Program-made: the position numbers and the translations under genes
The notes under the pieces: generated by a model
Database searches by the model: none
What the model was told of the DNA's origin: nothing
What the model saw: only the letters and a program-made list of their open reading frames with translations
Shown: piece after piece, positions 1 through 12,817 of the stretch
Position numbering within the stretch: position 1 is the first letter of the stretch
Layout of the letters: every line of letters begins with the position of its first letter
Assembly: GCA_028534125.1 (NCBI GenBank)
Contig: CM052817.1
Location: forward strand, 55,368,001 to 55,432,000
Direction: 5' to 3'
Source of the DNA: Lama glama
Taxonomy: Eukaryota
DNA: 64,000 nt

Positions 1-739
1 CTCTCCTGTCTGTATTAAATTCTATAGCCCACCATTAAATCCTTCACATTTACTCTTCTGGTTGTTCATGTGATATGCCATCTGCAGATATTGCAATTGA
101 TATTGAGGATTTATGTCAAAATGAATAAATAAATATGAACTTGTTAAAAAAATATTGGCAGCGTTTTTGAGCAGAGTTTTTTCCCACAGAAAATGTACAC
201 TCTTATAAAAATCATGTGAATTCATTTCCTATTTCAAAAAATTATATAATGAACTAAAACATTAAATAATATGCTGACAGTTTATATAAATACATTTATT
301 CTAGTATACTTAATTTTGAAAAATAAATATTAATAATTATAGTTTTGAATTAATTTTGAGTGTGCTGTCTTTTGGCAAGCTTAGGACATTTGTACATTTC
401 CTCTCATTTTTTCTTAACTATATGCTATTATTATTTATATAATTTAGTACTGACAGTATTTAAATAGTTTCATGGCTTAACCAAAGTTACAGAATATATC
501 ATTAGAGGAACTGTCTTTAAAATACCAGGCTTTTGCACTTGCAGGGCTATGTTTAATGTTTATCTTAAGAGTATACATAATCTAAATGCAGTGTTCATTC
601 ACTTATCCTCAATAAGAGGTAATATTCCCCAGATAGTTTCAGAAAGTATTTTATAGAATGTTTGGTAATTAAGTGTTGATGACTGTCTAGTATTCATTAT
701 CATCAATCATCTCTAATGTTAAAATATTTTCATTGACTA

Positions 740-1560
740 CAAATTGTGGGGCATAGTGTTTAAGCTGTAGGAACATATATTTGTAGAGAAATGTGCCTCC
801 TTCTCTCTAGATCTAAGCTGAAAGAAAAAGGATTATGTGTATTAAACAAAGCAAAAATGATAATCCACATAAGCATGCCTAAGCTAAATGTATGTCAAAA
901 AGAAATGAGTCCTCTAAGGATGCTAATGTTCTAGTCGAATATCACTGTAATGAGTTTTTTTTCTGCTCTACCAAAAAATGAGATGTTAGGGAAGGGGAAA
1001 AATAGACAAGAATTTATCTCAAGTGAGAAGAATGATATGATAACCACAAAGGCGAGTACAAACTGTTCACAGTATATATTGAGAAAAGTATAACATAAAA
1101 AAGTACAACATAAAACAAAAAAAATCAAAAGATTTGAGTGACGTATTGAAAGAATTTAAGTCAAATATTGGCATGACTAAATAATGTTTTAGAGAAAATG
1201 CTGCGAAAAGGTATGTTAGATGCTAAACTTACTCAAAAATGTTTTTAAAAGTGTATTTATTAAAAAAAAAGATGTTAGATGAATTAGATGGGGTAAGTTG
1301 GAGTTAGGAATAAGTCATTACAGTAAGCTTATAGATGATGGCAGAAGTTTATGGCGTTTAGGAAGACAAAATAATCCATAGGTATGTGGAATAAGAGATG
1401 AAGTATTATTGTATGTTCGAGTAAGTGAAGTAACAAGAGTCAGTCTATCATTTTGCAGCTGAGTAATAATAAGGATGTCAGCATAGAATCTATATTGTGG
1501 GAAAAGATGACAAATTGGATGTTAAGTGATCCAGGGGCATCCAGGTATACCATAAAGCTG
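740..1560 (-). mobile_element. Highly degraded L2 LINE fragments
   Basis: Purine-rich segments such as gttaagtgatccaggggcatccagg resemble the antisense L2 3' region; boundaries approximate. Confidence 0.4.
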
Positions 1561-2064
1561 ATGAATGGCACAAAGTTATCTCCACAGAGGTAAGATTTCA
1601 AGTTCTATGAATACATAAGCTTCATGAACCAGTAGCTACCCATATAAGGAAAAGCAAGTATACTTGAGACCATTCCTGGAGTTCAACATTTATAGTCAGT
1701 TACTAAATTAAGTGATTCATGGATCTTTGGCGTATATGAATACTCACTACATTCCTTACATCGTAACTTCCCTTCATTCTAACCCACAAAATTTTGCTAG
1801 GTCATTTCAACAAGCTCTCTAACAGCTAATTAAGATATATATATATACACACATGCATATATATATATATTAAAAAAACACTGGATAATTATAAAATCTG
1901 TCTAATTAACAATTAAGACTTTACCTATAATACATGTAAATATTTTCTCAGCTACCCAAAGATGACTGCAGTAGGACTCATTCCAGTACTTCAAATCAAA
2001 TATTAATAAGGTTTAATGCTTATTTAAAAATGATGCTGGAAACCTAAAACAGACAAGAACTATT

Positions 2065-2240
2065 GCTACTGTGCTGACCTTGAACTTTATAAACATCTAA
2101 ATCATTACATTTCTTTTATATATTCTGAATCTCTGTTCCTTATTTGTAAGCAATAGTTCCCTGGGGGCTTGTATCAAATATTATTGTTAATAATTTCCCA
2201 GTTATTAGTACAATGTCTGAAAAAGGTCGATAACTTTTTT
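2065..2240 (+). mobile_element. MIR SINE fragment
   Basis: tgctgaccttgaac...tctgaatctctgttccttatttgtaa resembles the MIR core (gtgaccttgggcaag...cctcagtttcctcatctgtaaa). Confidence 0.45.
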
Positions 2241-4798
2241 TGAAGTTAAATAATGTATGACAGAGTGGTTATTACACAAATTAGAATAATATTCTGGGAT
2301 CTCACATAAGCAACTGGGATCAAAAAACATTGTTTTGACTCCTGGTCATTCTACTTTAAGTTCTCCAGCGTAACTGTCCTTGAACAACCCACCTGTCCCC
2401 ACCACCCCTCATTCTAAATGTTCTTTCTCTTGACTTGGAATATTGTTCATCTGTTTACTTGCCTCTCTATATTCTAATATGCTTCTGAACTAGCAAGAGG
2501 AACCCACTTGCCAGAGTCTTGAGTGTTTGTGAGGTAATGCTAAAGATTGTAAGATGCCAAGAAAGTTGACCAAGATAAAATGTGAGAATTTCTCCTAGGA
2601 CTAAAAACAAAAGAAAGTAGTTTTATCCAGTCTTTCCAGATAATATTCCTCTCACACTGCTATCCCATTAAATATAATGGATATTATGTCAGAAAGGGGC
2701 TAAACTTGAGAGCATATTGTTTAATATTCTGGTGGAAAGAAAGTCTTGTGAACTGAGTGTTGGTAGAAATAAAATAAACACATTTGTGACAAACGTAGGG
2801 CATTGGATTACTTATGTTCTATGAAGGTCTATCGCTGCATAAGGACAGTAAAACCAAGTTAACAATTGGCAGTTAAGTTTAATTCTGAGAAATTTCTAGA
2901 TTTCAAATGGTCATGATTAAAAAAAGGATTATTATATTACCAACAGCAATAAATACTGACAGAATGGATAGATAAATGATATTCCAGGTATATGATGAAG
3001 GCAGTGTTATCTCACAATTAAGTAATTTGAATAATATCTCAAATTTACAAATCATTGCTTCAGAATCATAGCATAGAAGACAAAATACCAATATCATTAA
3101 AGCACCTAGACTGGTGAAAATGAGAAGTTGAATAAATTTATACCTGTAAATTCCTACCATGTATTGAGTTACTAGACATCTGATGACATAACCACATCTA
3201 ACAAGTAACTCAAAAACCTATATATTATGCAGTTTTTATGATTGCCATTTTATCAGTTACATTCCTATCAAAATTAATTTAACCAATAAAATTAATGTAT
3301 CATCTATTATACTTCATTTTAAATAACCAGTCAATGGAGATGCTATTATAGAATCTCTTTTGATTATTATAATCTTTTTAATAATTTATAAAATGGTTCC
3401 AGGGCTTTCAAAGTCCTGAACTAAATTTAAACTACTAAAAATTTTGAGATACCTTCTGAAGCACTTTAGCCATTTACACAATTTATGTTACAGCAATAGA
3501 ATTTTGTAGAAATGAGACTTTAGAAAATAACCTAATATATCTTAAATTAATGGAGAAACAAATAATTTACCTAAAAAGATACTATTTTAACTTTATGTTT
3601 ATAGGCTAAATGTGTTACTTAATTGCAATTAGAAAAAATACAAGTTCAAAATATAGGTAAGTTGGACTATTTGTTTCTCTTTAAACTCATGCATCAAGAT
3701 GAAAATTAAATTATTCTATGGTTCACCAAAATCGTATCTCTCCTAAAGATCAGAGAGTAAAAACAGAACTAGTTACTATGTTCAGTCAGTTTGGTAGAAT
3801 GTGCCCTTACTTTTTCAGGGTGCTTCCTTGGTAAGACAGGACATTGCCACTGGTAATGATACCACCATTATTCTTACATAATAATTGTTTTGGTGTGATG
3901 CAAACTTCTTTTGTCCTTTTGCAACATGAATAACCACATGTTATTCATCATATGACTCCCTAAATTTACTAGAGATGTGTTTATTTTTAAGATATTAAAT
4001 ACCATATCTTCCTGCTGAAGACTGTAATCACTAAAAGAGTTCATTTAAGCCATAAATTGCTTATTTGTAAGCAAATGGAGCAAAACACAATTTCAGTTAC
4101 TGCTTCGGAATACAAACTGAATTGAACTCCTAAAATTTTCTGCTTTCTGTAAAACAGAGCAGTATAGTGTTACTGAGCTGCAAGAAAAAAATGCTACCAA
4201 GGAAACAGTCCAAAACGTATGACATATGCATGTGCACATCCCCCTCAAGATAAAACAGGGATTTAGAGAAAAAGGAGAAATGGCATGTCCAAAAAAAAAG
4301 TATGTCCCTGAAGAATACTGAAGGTCAAAACATAACTGATCTGGGACTAGATGGAAAGACAGAATGAGGTAATTATGGAAGTGGCAAGAGTTAGTCAGGG
4401 GACAGCAGGAATGAAGAGGCTGAATGAGAAGGAACTTATGGTTTATAAATTGTGAATTACATTTGGAAAATATTCAGTGCTTTGAAATCTAACATTCATA
4501 CCTGCTGGCAGGACACATATCCAAAAGTAGTGGTTGCGTTATAGCCATTGTCCACTATATTTCAAACATGATTCCTGGTTGTACTGTGTTTTCCCACCTT
4601 CTGATATTTGCTAGAATCAGGTCTGAACTTATATTTTTTTGTTATTTTGTTGTTTTCTGCTTTTAGTTACCACTAATCAGTCACTTGAGAGAGAAAAAAA
4701 AGGTGGCGGAATTTCATGTCTATATACAAGAATCTGATAAAAAAATGCATTTGTTTACTTGTTATATTCATTCAGTGTGCTTAAAAGATGTCTCTTCC

Positions 4799-5072
4799 AG
4801 AATACAAACTTAGAGTTGCCAAGGGGGCAGAGGGTGGGAAGGGACAGACAGGGATTTCAAAATTTGTAGATACTGACAGGCATATATAGAATAGATAAAC
4901 AAGATTATACTGTATAGCACAGGGAAATATATACAAGATCTTTTGGTAGCTCACAAAGAAAAAAATGTGATAATGAATATATGTATGTTAATGTATAATT
5001 GAAAAATTGTGCTCTACACTGGAATTTGACACAACATTGTAAAATGACTATAACTCAATTAAAAAAAAAAAA
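4799..5072 (+). mobile_element. Young 5'-truncated L1 (3' UTR plus poly-A), cetartiodactyl/camelid type
   Basis: tatactgtatagcacagggaaatata...acacaacattgtaaaatgactataactcaatt then A12; TSD aaagatgtctct at 4784-4795 and 5074-5085; TT/AAAA endonuclease site at 4781-4786. Confidence 0.92.
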
Positions 5073-5584
5073 GAAAGATGTCTCTCCCTTGCTCTTGCCA
5101 TTTTATTCCATATGCAGAAAGTTCTGTAAGTATGGTCTGTCTCTACCCTGTCACTTACTCTGCATCAGAGAAGTTGGAAGATAATACCAGATTGGTAACT
5201 CCAGGAGAACAGTTCAGTTTCTTTCAGCCTACCTTCCTCCTTCTTTTCCTCTCTGTGGAGCCAATCTGTCTGCAGAGAACAAAACTTTTCTGCTTTTAGG
5301 AGGTACAACCCTTACCTGCCCCACCTACCTGCGAACACAGCAGGAGACTTCATTGGTCTAGCAGTTCCTGCGGTTGTGTAGATTCTGTAAATCTACACAA
5401 TTGTAGTAGCTGGTTCAAAGTTACATTTACTCTCAGAATAAGCCCTTTCTTCAGTACTTCTGCGTCCTCAGTAGTATTGCTGATATTTCAGCCCAGCTTT
5501 AATCCTTTGTCTTATTTTTCACACTGCTATTTACTGGATCTTCTCAAATACACATCAATTCAAAATGTGTTGTTACTGGAATCT

Positions 5585-6060
5585 CACAGTGTGTTAGTTA
5601 TTGTGCTAAACATTAGGAGATATATAAAAATTATTACAGCACACCATTCAGCATGAGTTGATGATATTTTAACAGGCATCATGCTGGATGCAGGTATACG
5701 GACACATGGCTAGACACTTGGATGAATAAATTAAATCTCTAAACACATTTTAGGTGGAGGTGGCATAGTTTCTGATGTACCAGATATGGTGTGTCATGCC
5801 AGGGATAGAATGGAGTGCAAATCTTGCCTGAAAAGTAATCATAGCACAGTGGGAACATATAGAAGAGACTGAACATTACAGAATGTCATGTGAAATGAGA
5901 TATGCAGCAACTATGGGAGTATATCTGAGAGCATGGGTTGAGGAGGGGAATGAGGACTAGTTAAAGCTTCCTGGAGGAGGTGACATCTGTGCTGTTTTTC
6001 TCAAATGTATAGGGTATCAAAGGGATGCTAAATGGAAAGATAAGTAAAATACCATGAGCC
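5585..6060 (-). mobile_element. L2 LINE fragments
   Basis: aaagcttcctggaggaggtgacatctgtgctg matches a typical antisense L2 motif. Confidence 0.6.
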
Positions 6061-8930
6061 AGTTGTCTTAGAAAATGAGGCAAATAGGTTTTCATACATA
6101 ATTATGCATTCAGCAGAATTTATTTTTTTCTGATGAAGTTGAGATTAAGATATATTAGTATTTATTGAGGTTAGTCATGTAGTAGTTAATTATGAATTGT
6201 GTGTTATACTTCTCTGAAGAAAAACAGTAAAATGTTTCTGTTCATGTACAATGAGACGAGAGAGAGCAACCAAATATATGGCATGGCACCCTAAGAGAAA
6301 AGATTGGAGAAAACTTATTGCCATCTTGAAGTTTAATGTATAGTAGGTAAAACAAAACACACAGGCAAATTAAATTAGTATGGCCTGATTTAAATAAATG
6401 CCATCCTGCTATCCAGGATTAATTTACAAGTGAATGGAAGAGATAGAAAGTGTTTTGGGAATTCAAAGGACCAAGAAATTACAGCTCCCTGGAGATAAGA
6501 CCAAGTTTACTGGGGAAACAGAATCTCAAAGGGATCCTGATGGAGATCTTGAATAGCTATGTGTCTGTGAACGCTTTTGTTTGTGCAAGTTAGCAATACA
6601 TTATGGCTGATTTGATGATCAATAAAACTGTCTTAAAATGCAGTTTGTAATATCCAATCATTAAACTTAACCTCATCAAAATTCAGTTTTATTTGATTAT
6701 TTGAATCAACATTTTAACTTTTCTTGGGTCAATTTGTTTTCATTTGCAACAGATTTTTACATTGCTTGTGTATGTTAAGGTTTTTATTCTAAAGATCATG
6801 GTATTTCTAAAGATGTAGGCAAAGTCAGGTCTATTCCTTCTTAAGCCATGGGAGAGGGAAGCATAAATGCAAGAGGAAATGTTGTTAACAGAATTCTTTT
6901 CAACTATAAACCTTTTTGAAAGATGAATTTTCCAAAGAGTTGAAATCCATTTTTATGATCAAGAGAAGGGGAAATAATACATTTTTTCTATTCTCATTTT
7001 ATTGAGTTGTCCACTTAAACACTACTCCACTTCAAAAATATTTCAATTCTGTTAGCTCTAATTTCACTATTAAGAAAGCATACCTTAGCTATGTTTCAAC
7101 TTATTCATCTTTGAAGTAATATTATATCCAGATATAGACATAATAGAGAGTATCATGCTGACAATAGAAATTTTTCAGTGCCTCAGGAAAGCTGATAGAT
7201 TTTATGGACATATTACCTTGTCAGACATTCCCGTGTGCTCTATTTATTTTTTATATTACCTTGGCTGAAAACCATCCTGTCCCAGTTATTTACAACACTG
7301 AAGTTGAACAAGTTATTTGATAACATCTTCTTCAGAGACACCTGGTAAATCTGAATAATTATGTCCAATAAAAAGAGTCCTTGGAATTGATAATTTACCA
7401 TCAGCCATGGTAGTAAAGATTAACGTCAGGAACTCATTTAATCTTAAGGCAAAACTATCATTTAATTTAATTGACTTCTGTTCTCCTTGTATTACATAGT
7501 GAAGCTGTGGGTTAGAGTCTTTGTATGACTTTTTGCAATTTTTTCAATTGCAACTTTATTCCCAGTTAAAATGTCTTTCCCTCAGAAAAATGAGTGAAGT
7601 CTACTAAAATAATCATATTTGTTAAGAAAAATAATATGGAGGGAGGAAAATACAAGACTAATTTTCCTAGAAAATGGAAAGGAGAGCTTACTCCTTCCTA
7701 CAGGGGACCAAATCGGCTGATGGATATATTGCTCATTATACATTCTCTCCTTCCAATAAATATGATTTCACATAGAACATTGTATTCATTCTGAAATAAA
7801 GAAGAGAATGTATTATGGTTTTTATATTATGGGCAGGAAATTTAAGTGAAATGTTCCTATTTGACATGTATAGGATTATGTAGCTGAAACACAGAAACAT
7901 GGGCACACACTGCATATGAGAAAAAAACCCCACAACACTCTTGTATGTCAAGGACTTTATTGTTTTCTTAATACTTTCTTTCCCTTGGTGCATAGCTTAA
8001 TTATATACATAAAATAGGTATTCATTAGATACATTAATTATATTTGTATATGAATTTCTAATTAACAGCATCTGCCTCTGTGATTTCATGGATTTCCATT
8101 AATTGACCATACAGGAATAGATGTAACAGTATCCAAAATATACAGATGTAAGATAACTGTACTTTAACTACAACTTGTCTCTCTAAATTTTAAAATTATT
8201 CATATTTTTGTTCTTGTAGTATATTTATTTCTAATGGCAACCAATATTAAAGCATATAGAACAGTAATCTAATTTCAAAGATACAAAAAACCAAAAAGGG
8301 AATTTCCTTTGCAATTTTACACTTGTTCTTTTTCCACCTTATTTTATTTCTTTTCATAAAAAGCATACAAAATGGAACTAATAACTTGTATCTTTCCTTT
8401 TCAAAATAATCTTTCAATATTAAATACTTTAAGCAGTTAAACATCTTTCAAGTTGCTGTTACCCTCTCACCCAGATGTAATTTGTCTTAACTCTAGTCTT
8501 TTGAGTTATATAATTATCTCTTTTGTAATATATACACTGTCAAAGTAACTTCTTCATCTAGATAAATCAGTGGGGAAAAAAATCAAATTTATGTGTAAAA
8601 TGACAGTCAAATTCAACATCATATAAGCTGAAAAAAACAATTGGTTTATTTAATTATTATCATAGCCAGTTTTGGGCAATGAGGTATTATATAGGAACCA
8701 CACAGTTTTAGAAAGAGGTTTTTTGTTTTTTGGGGGTTTTTTTTGGCAAATTTAGCACTACAAATACAGTGAGAATTAGATATTGTGAGGAAGTTGGATT
8801 ACTTCATTCTTCTGTGAACTAAATCTGTTATCCCTAATTAAAAAAAAAAAACATATGAACTGATGTTATTTTTGCAAAGATAAGCCATTTAAACTCAGAT
8901 CAAACAAGAGTTACATGTATAGAATTTAAT

Positions 8931-9112
8931 ATGTGCTAGGTACTGTTCACAGGTCTTAAATTTATTAACTCTTGAAGACTTCACAATTTATGGAATGGTC
9001 GTTATTATTATCTCCAATATGCAGATAAGTAAACTGAGATATGGAGAAGTTGCATTCAATTGTGAAGTTAGGATTCAAATCCAGCCTATTTCTAGAATCT
9101 TTGCTTTGAAAC
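8931..9112 (-). mobile_element. MIR SINE
   Basis: attattatctccaatatgcagataagtaaactgagatatggagaagtt...ggattcaaatccag matches the antisense MIR core. Confidence 0.8.
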
Positions 9113-9234
9113 ATTCTGCTAGTGTAGATAAATTAGAAAAAAGTTTCAAAGTATGTTTTAAAATACTCATATTTATTCACCACAGCTATTACTGCTTAAA
9201 ACTGAGAGTGTATATGTATTGACCTGTTTGAGTC

Positions 9235-9395
9235 TATATGTATATTGATATCGATTATTGAGATATATCTACATATATCTATATGTACATATATATCTAT
9301 GTCTACATCTCTATATAACTCGATATAATCTATGTAGATATGTCTATAAAGATTTTATATAGAGATACATATGATCTAGACATAACATATCTATT
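9235..9395. repeat. Low-complexity (TATAGA/TATATC)-type tract
   Basis: Degenerate atatct/atagat units. Confidence 0.8.
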
Positions 9396-9400
9396 ACATT

Positions 9401-9928
9401 GGGCTACGCATTTGAAATTAGTAAATTGAGATAATGTTTTCAACTTAAAATGGCCATAAGACTTTCTTTTCCTTTTGAATCACCAGATAATCTTGGATGC
9501 CCCCTCAGATTTTAACCAAGAGCAGGGAAATATATTTTCCTTGAGTAGATATTTTTTTAATATCCCCCAAGTCATGTTTACTCAAAATTCTGGTCAAAAA
9601 TTAAATACAAACCTATTTTCATTAAAAAAATATGTGTTTATGTAATTATACATACATATATATCTAGATATATATAAATATCTGAAGATACAGAGATATA
9701 CATATACCTAGATATAAATCTGTATATACAGATATAGACATATCTATATGTTAATATATATCTAGATATAGCTATCTATATCATATATAGATGTAGATAT
9801 AGATATACAAATACATGTGTAAAATTTCAGAGTGTCCATGATTATCTGGTGATTCTAAGGGAGAAGAAAGTCTTATAGCCTTTTTAAGTTAAAATTATCT
9901 CAGTTTGGTAATTTCAAATGCGTGGTCT
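9401..9928. repeat. Long inverted repeat pair (arms ~9401-9513 and ~9820-9928); MITE/DNA-transposon-like, family not identified
   Basis: Left arm acgcatttgaaattagtaaattgagataat...ataagactttcttttccttttgaatcaccagataatc aligns to the reverse complement of the right arm at roughly 80-85% by manual alignment. Confidence 0.85.
9645..9815. repeat. Low-complexity (TATAGA)n-type tract inside the inverted repeat spacer
   Basis: tagatatata...agatatagatatac units. Confidence 0.8.
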
Positions 9929-11268
9929 TAAGTGATGTTTTTTAAGTTTACTATTATTTAATGTTAAACCTTCTTACCTCTCCAGCTAAGATCTTCTGTG
10001 GTCAGGAAGCCTGAAATAGGTTCATTAACCACTGATTGCAGTTACTATTCAGGAACTAATGATGCCTTTGAACCAAGCCCATTTTTACCTACCTTTGTGC
10101 GTGTAAATATCATTCCCTGCCCCCGCCACCTCCACCCAGGGAGAGGAGTGAGATGAGATAAGACAAAGCTTTTGGCGTCCACTATTTTTTTTTCTTTCTT
10201 CTTTTAACTGAAAATGTAAAATGATCAAGCTCTTTGGCTATCTAGGGTTATAACTGAGAGAAGAAATCAATCAAATGCAAAGAAACATAGTCATAATGCA
10301 AAAAGTGTATTTCAAAAATGTGGGTTCAGATTACTGGAGTTTAATTAATTAGCCTTCACTCATCTATGCAGGTAGCTTGCTGATAGGTGAGGAATAGCTG
10401 AACAATCCAAATCTATCCTGGTCCTGGTTGTGTTTTGGCAACTCCTGGTGGTAGTTACCCAGTTGTGCTTTCACATCAGTGGGGGCGATTTCGGCCCTAT
10501 GAGTGGTTAGAACTTCCAGACAATAGAAACAAATTCTTGGAGTTCCCAATTAGTTGGCACTAACTTTAATGGCCTATCCTAAGAAGAACTGACTTTGTGA
10601 ATATTGGGGAAACAGGGATCCACACTTGATTTCCTTACTTCCTGATAAGAGGTTTCCTGCAATTTCCCCAACCAGCATTGCCTTCCAGTCCACATCCTAC
10701 CACTCTCCTCCTTCACCCTCCCAATGCCAATAATTGTAAGAACTTAGCCTGTCATCATTTGGGATAGAAACATGGGCAGAAGATAGAGGGCCAATAATAA
10801 TTATTATACTATTTCCAGATATATTCTTGCTTATATCTCTGTTTTTTCATTGGACTTTCCAGAATGGAAATGTCATCTATATCTTCATGAAATTGCTCTT
10901 CCAAATATGACACTGTTCATATGTATTTTCTGACCTATAAAATGAAAAGTATCTCTGAAGATGACTTCTTAATGTCACTGTCTATAAAACTAAAAGTGAT
11001 CAAGACTTTTATTAACCACTTTTCACTGATGAGACGTTTTACTCTAAAATAAGCAGCTACTCCTCCCAATTATACTTCTCATTTTGGTTTATACTCAGCC
11101 ATGTTTTCCTATCAGACTCAGAGATAGTGAGTTTACACATTCACAGGGATACAGACAAGGCATTGAATTATTTTAGGCATAATGATTAGATAATGGTAAA
11201 ACTTAACATTATAATGATGTTGAAGAGAACCTGTTGTGTTATCTCTGCATTTCAATGTTATAGACAGA

Positions 11269-11897
11269 TGTGTCAGGGTTTAATCAGAGAATCAGAGCCA
11301 ATATGAGTGCTGCAGAATAAGAAATTTATAGTAGGAATTATTCCTTATACTATTGCAAAAGCTCGTTTACTGTTCTGTGTAAGACTGTTGCTTTTGTGTC
11401 TGATATGGGGCCTGAAGTCTGCAAGGTGGCAGTTGGAAAGAAAACTTTTCTTCTCATTCAGCCTCTTCATTCCTTTTATTCTGCTGTCTCCTGACTGACT
11501 CTTGTCTGCGTCTATAATTACCTCATTTTGTCTTTCCGTCTAGTCCCAGATCAGTTATGTTTTGACCTTAAATATTCTTTTTGGAAATAAATACTCTTTT
11601 GAACTTGATCAGGGAAAAAACTGGACCTCCTGTGAGCATGTTGGAGTCTAAACTGGAAACCATATCTGTTTCTGACAAACCCAGACCTCATTAATGTGAG
11701 TGATCTGCAGGAAAAGCTTCACCATGGATTTCCATACACACTTGTCTCAGGATTTGGAGAAACTGAATGAGATGATCCAGTGGGACCTGGAGGAACTGTA
11801 GGCCTGGCTGCTGCACTGTGGCAACATGGGGGCCCAGCAGATCAGCAGTGATGTGTGTTCACTGCAACAGCACCTGGCTCTGCATAAATCTTCTGAG
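11269..11897 (-). mobile_element. ERV-L class LTR (LTR40/41/52-like), partial
   Basis: Starts tgtgtcagggtttaatcagagaatcagagcc...aaatttatagtaggaatt, typical antisense ERVL LTR 3' end; similar in layout to the LTR at 13381-14056. Confidence 0.65.
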
Positions 11898-12780
11898 CAG
11901 AGCCCAAAGCTCCTTTAGCTTCTGCTTACAAAGAGTTCCTAAGAATTCTGAAGTTTTATGTGGATTTCTTGGTGAAGGGAGCATCCTTTGTACTCTCAGT
12001 GGATATGGCATTGGAATCTTTGTAAGTCCTATATGATTAATCCATTCTAACATTTAAACCATCACAAGACTTTAAATATATTCATCTATGATATACCAAG
12101 AAAATTCTAGCATTTCAATCCCATGGGTGTGGGCATTCTTTGTGTCTGTGTTTCAGTCACCTAAACACAGTGCAAAAGCCATTCTTAGCCCTTCATGATA
12201 ATATGTTGAACCCTTAACCTCTGCTTAGTGCACTCATGAAAATGAATTCAGCCTGGTCTAACATTATATTCATTCCACTATGTTCCAGTAATGTTAGAAT
12301 ATATTCCCACACATGTTCTCAAAACTTCTGATACAAATTAGCATACATTTTACCTTTTTTTGATGCTTATCATACTTCCTTATTTGTTACTTTTTTGGAC
12401 TTACCCTCTCTGGCCTCCCAAAACTTGAATCTGATTATGAATTTGGAAACAATGGGAGATGATGGGGTAGTTATTAAGGAGTATCCATAGTTCCGTTTAT
12501 GGCAAACACTTCAGAGGAGACCATTACAGGTTATTGAAGCAAAAGGAGGCCAGCCTCTCCATAAGGGAGGGGCATCTCTGTACAATGGTAAAAGCATACT
12601 GGGGTAATTTATGTGTTTGAAGTCCCCATCTTTGTCAGAATATACTCATAAGGATCCCTACTAATTTTGAGGGTCCCTTTTCTTCCAGATCAATGCCCTA
12701 AGTTTAACAAAAGAAACCTATGATGTTAGAAGTGCAGATTGCATTATAATTTACTCACTTGTGGAATAAGATTTTTTCTT

Positions 12781-12817
<37 letters not shown>

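Noticed and set aside
10460..10525. CTCF site or MER20 fragment at cagtgggggcgatttcggccc
   Set aside because: Does not fit the CTCF core spacing; similarity to the MER20 5' end is too short to call
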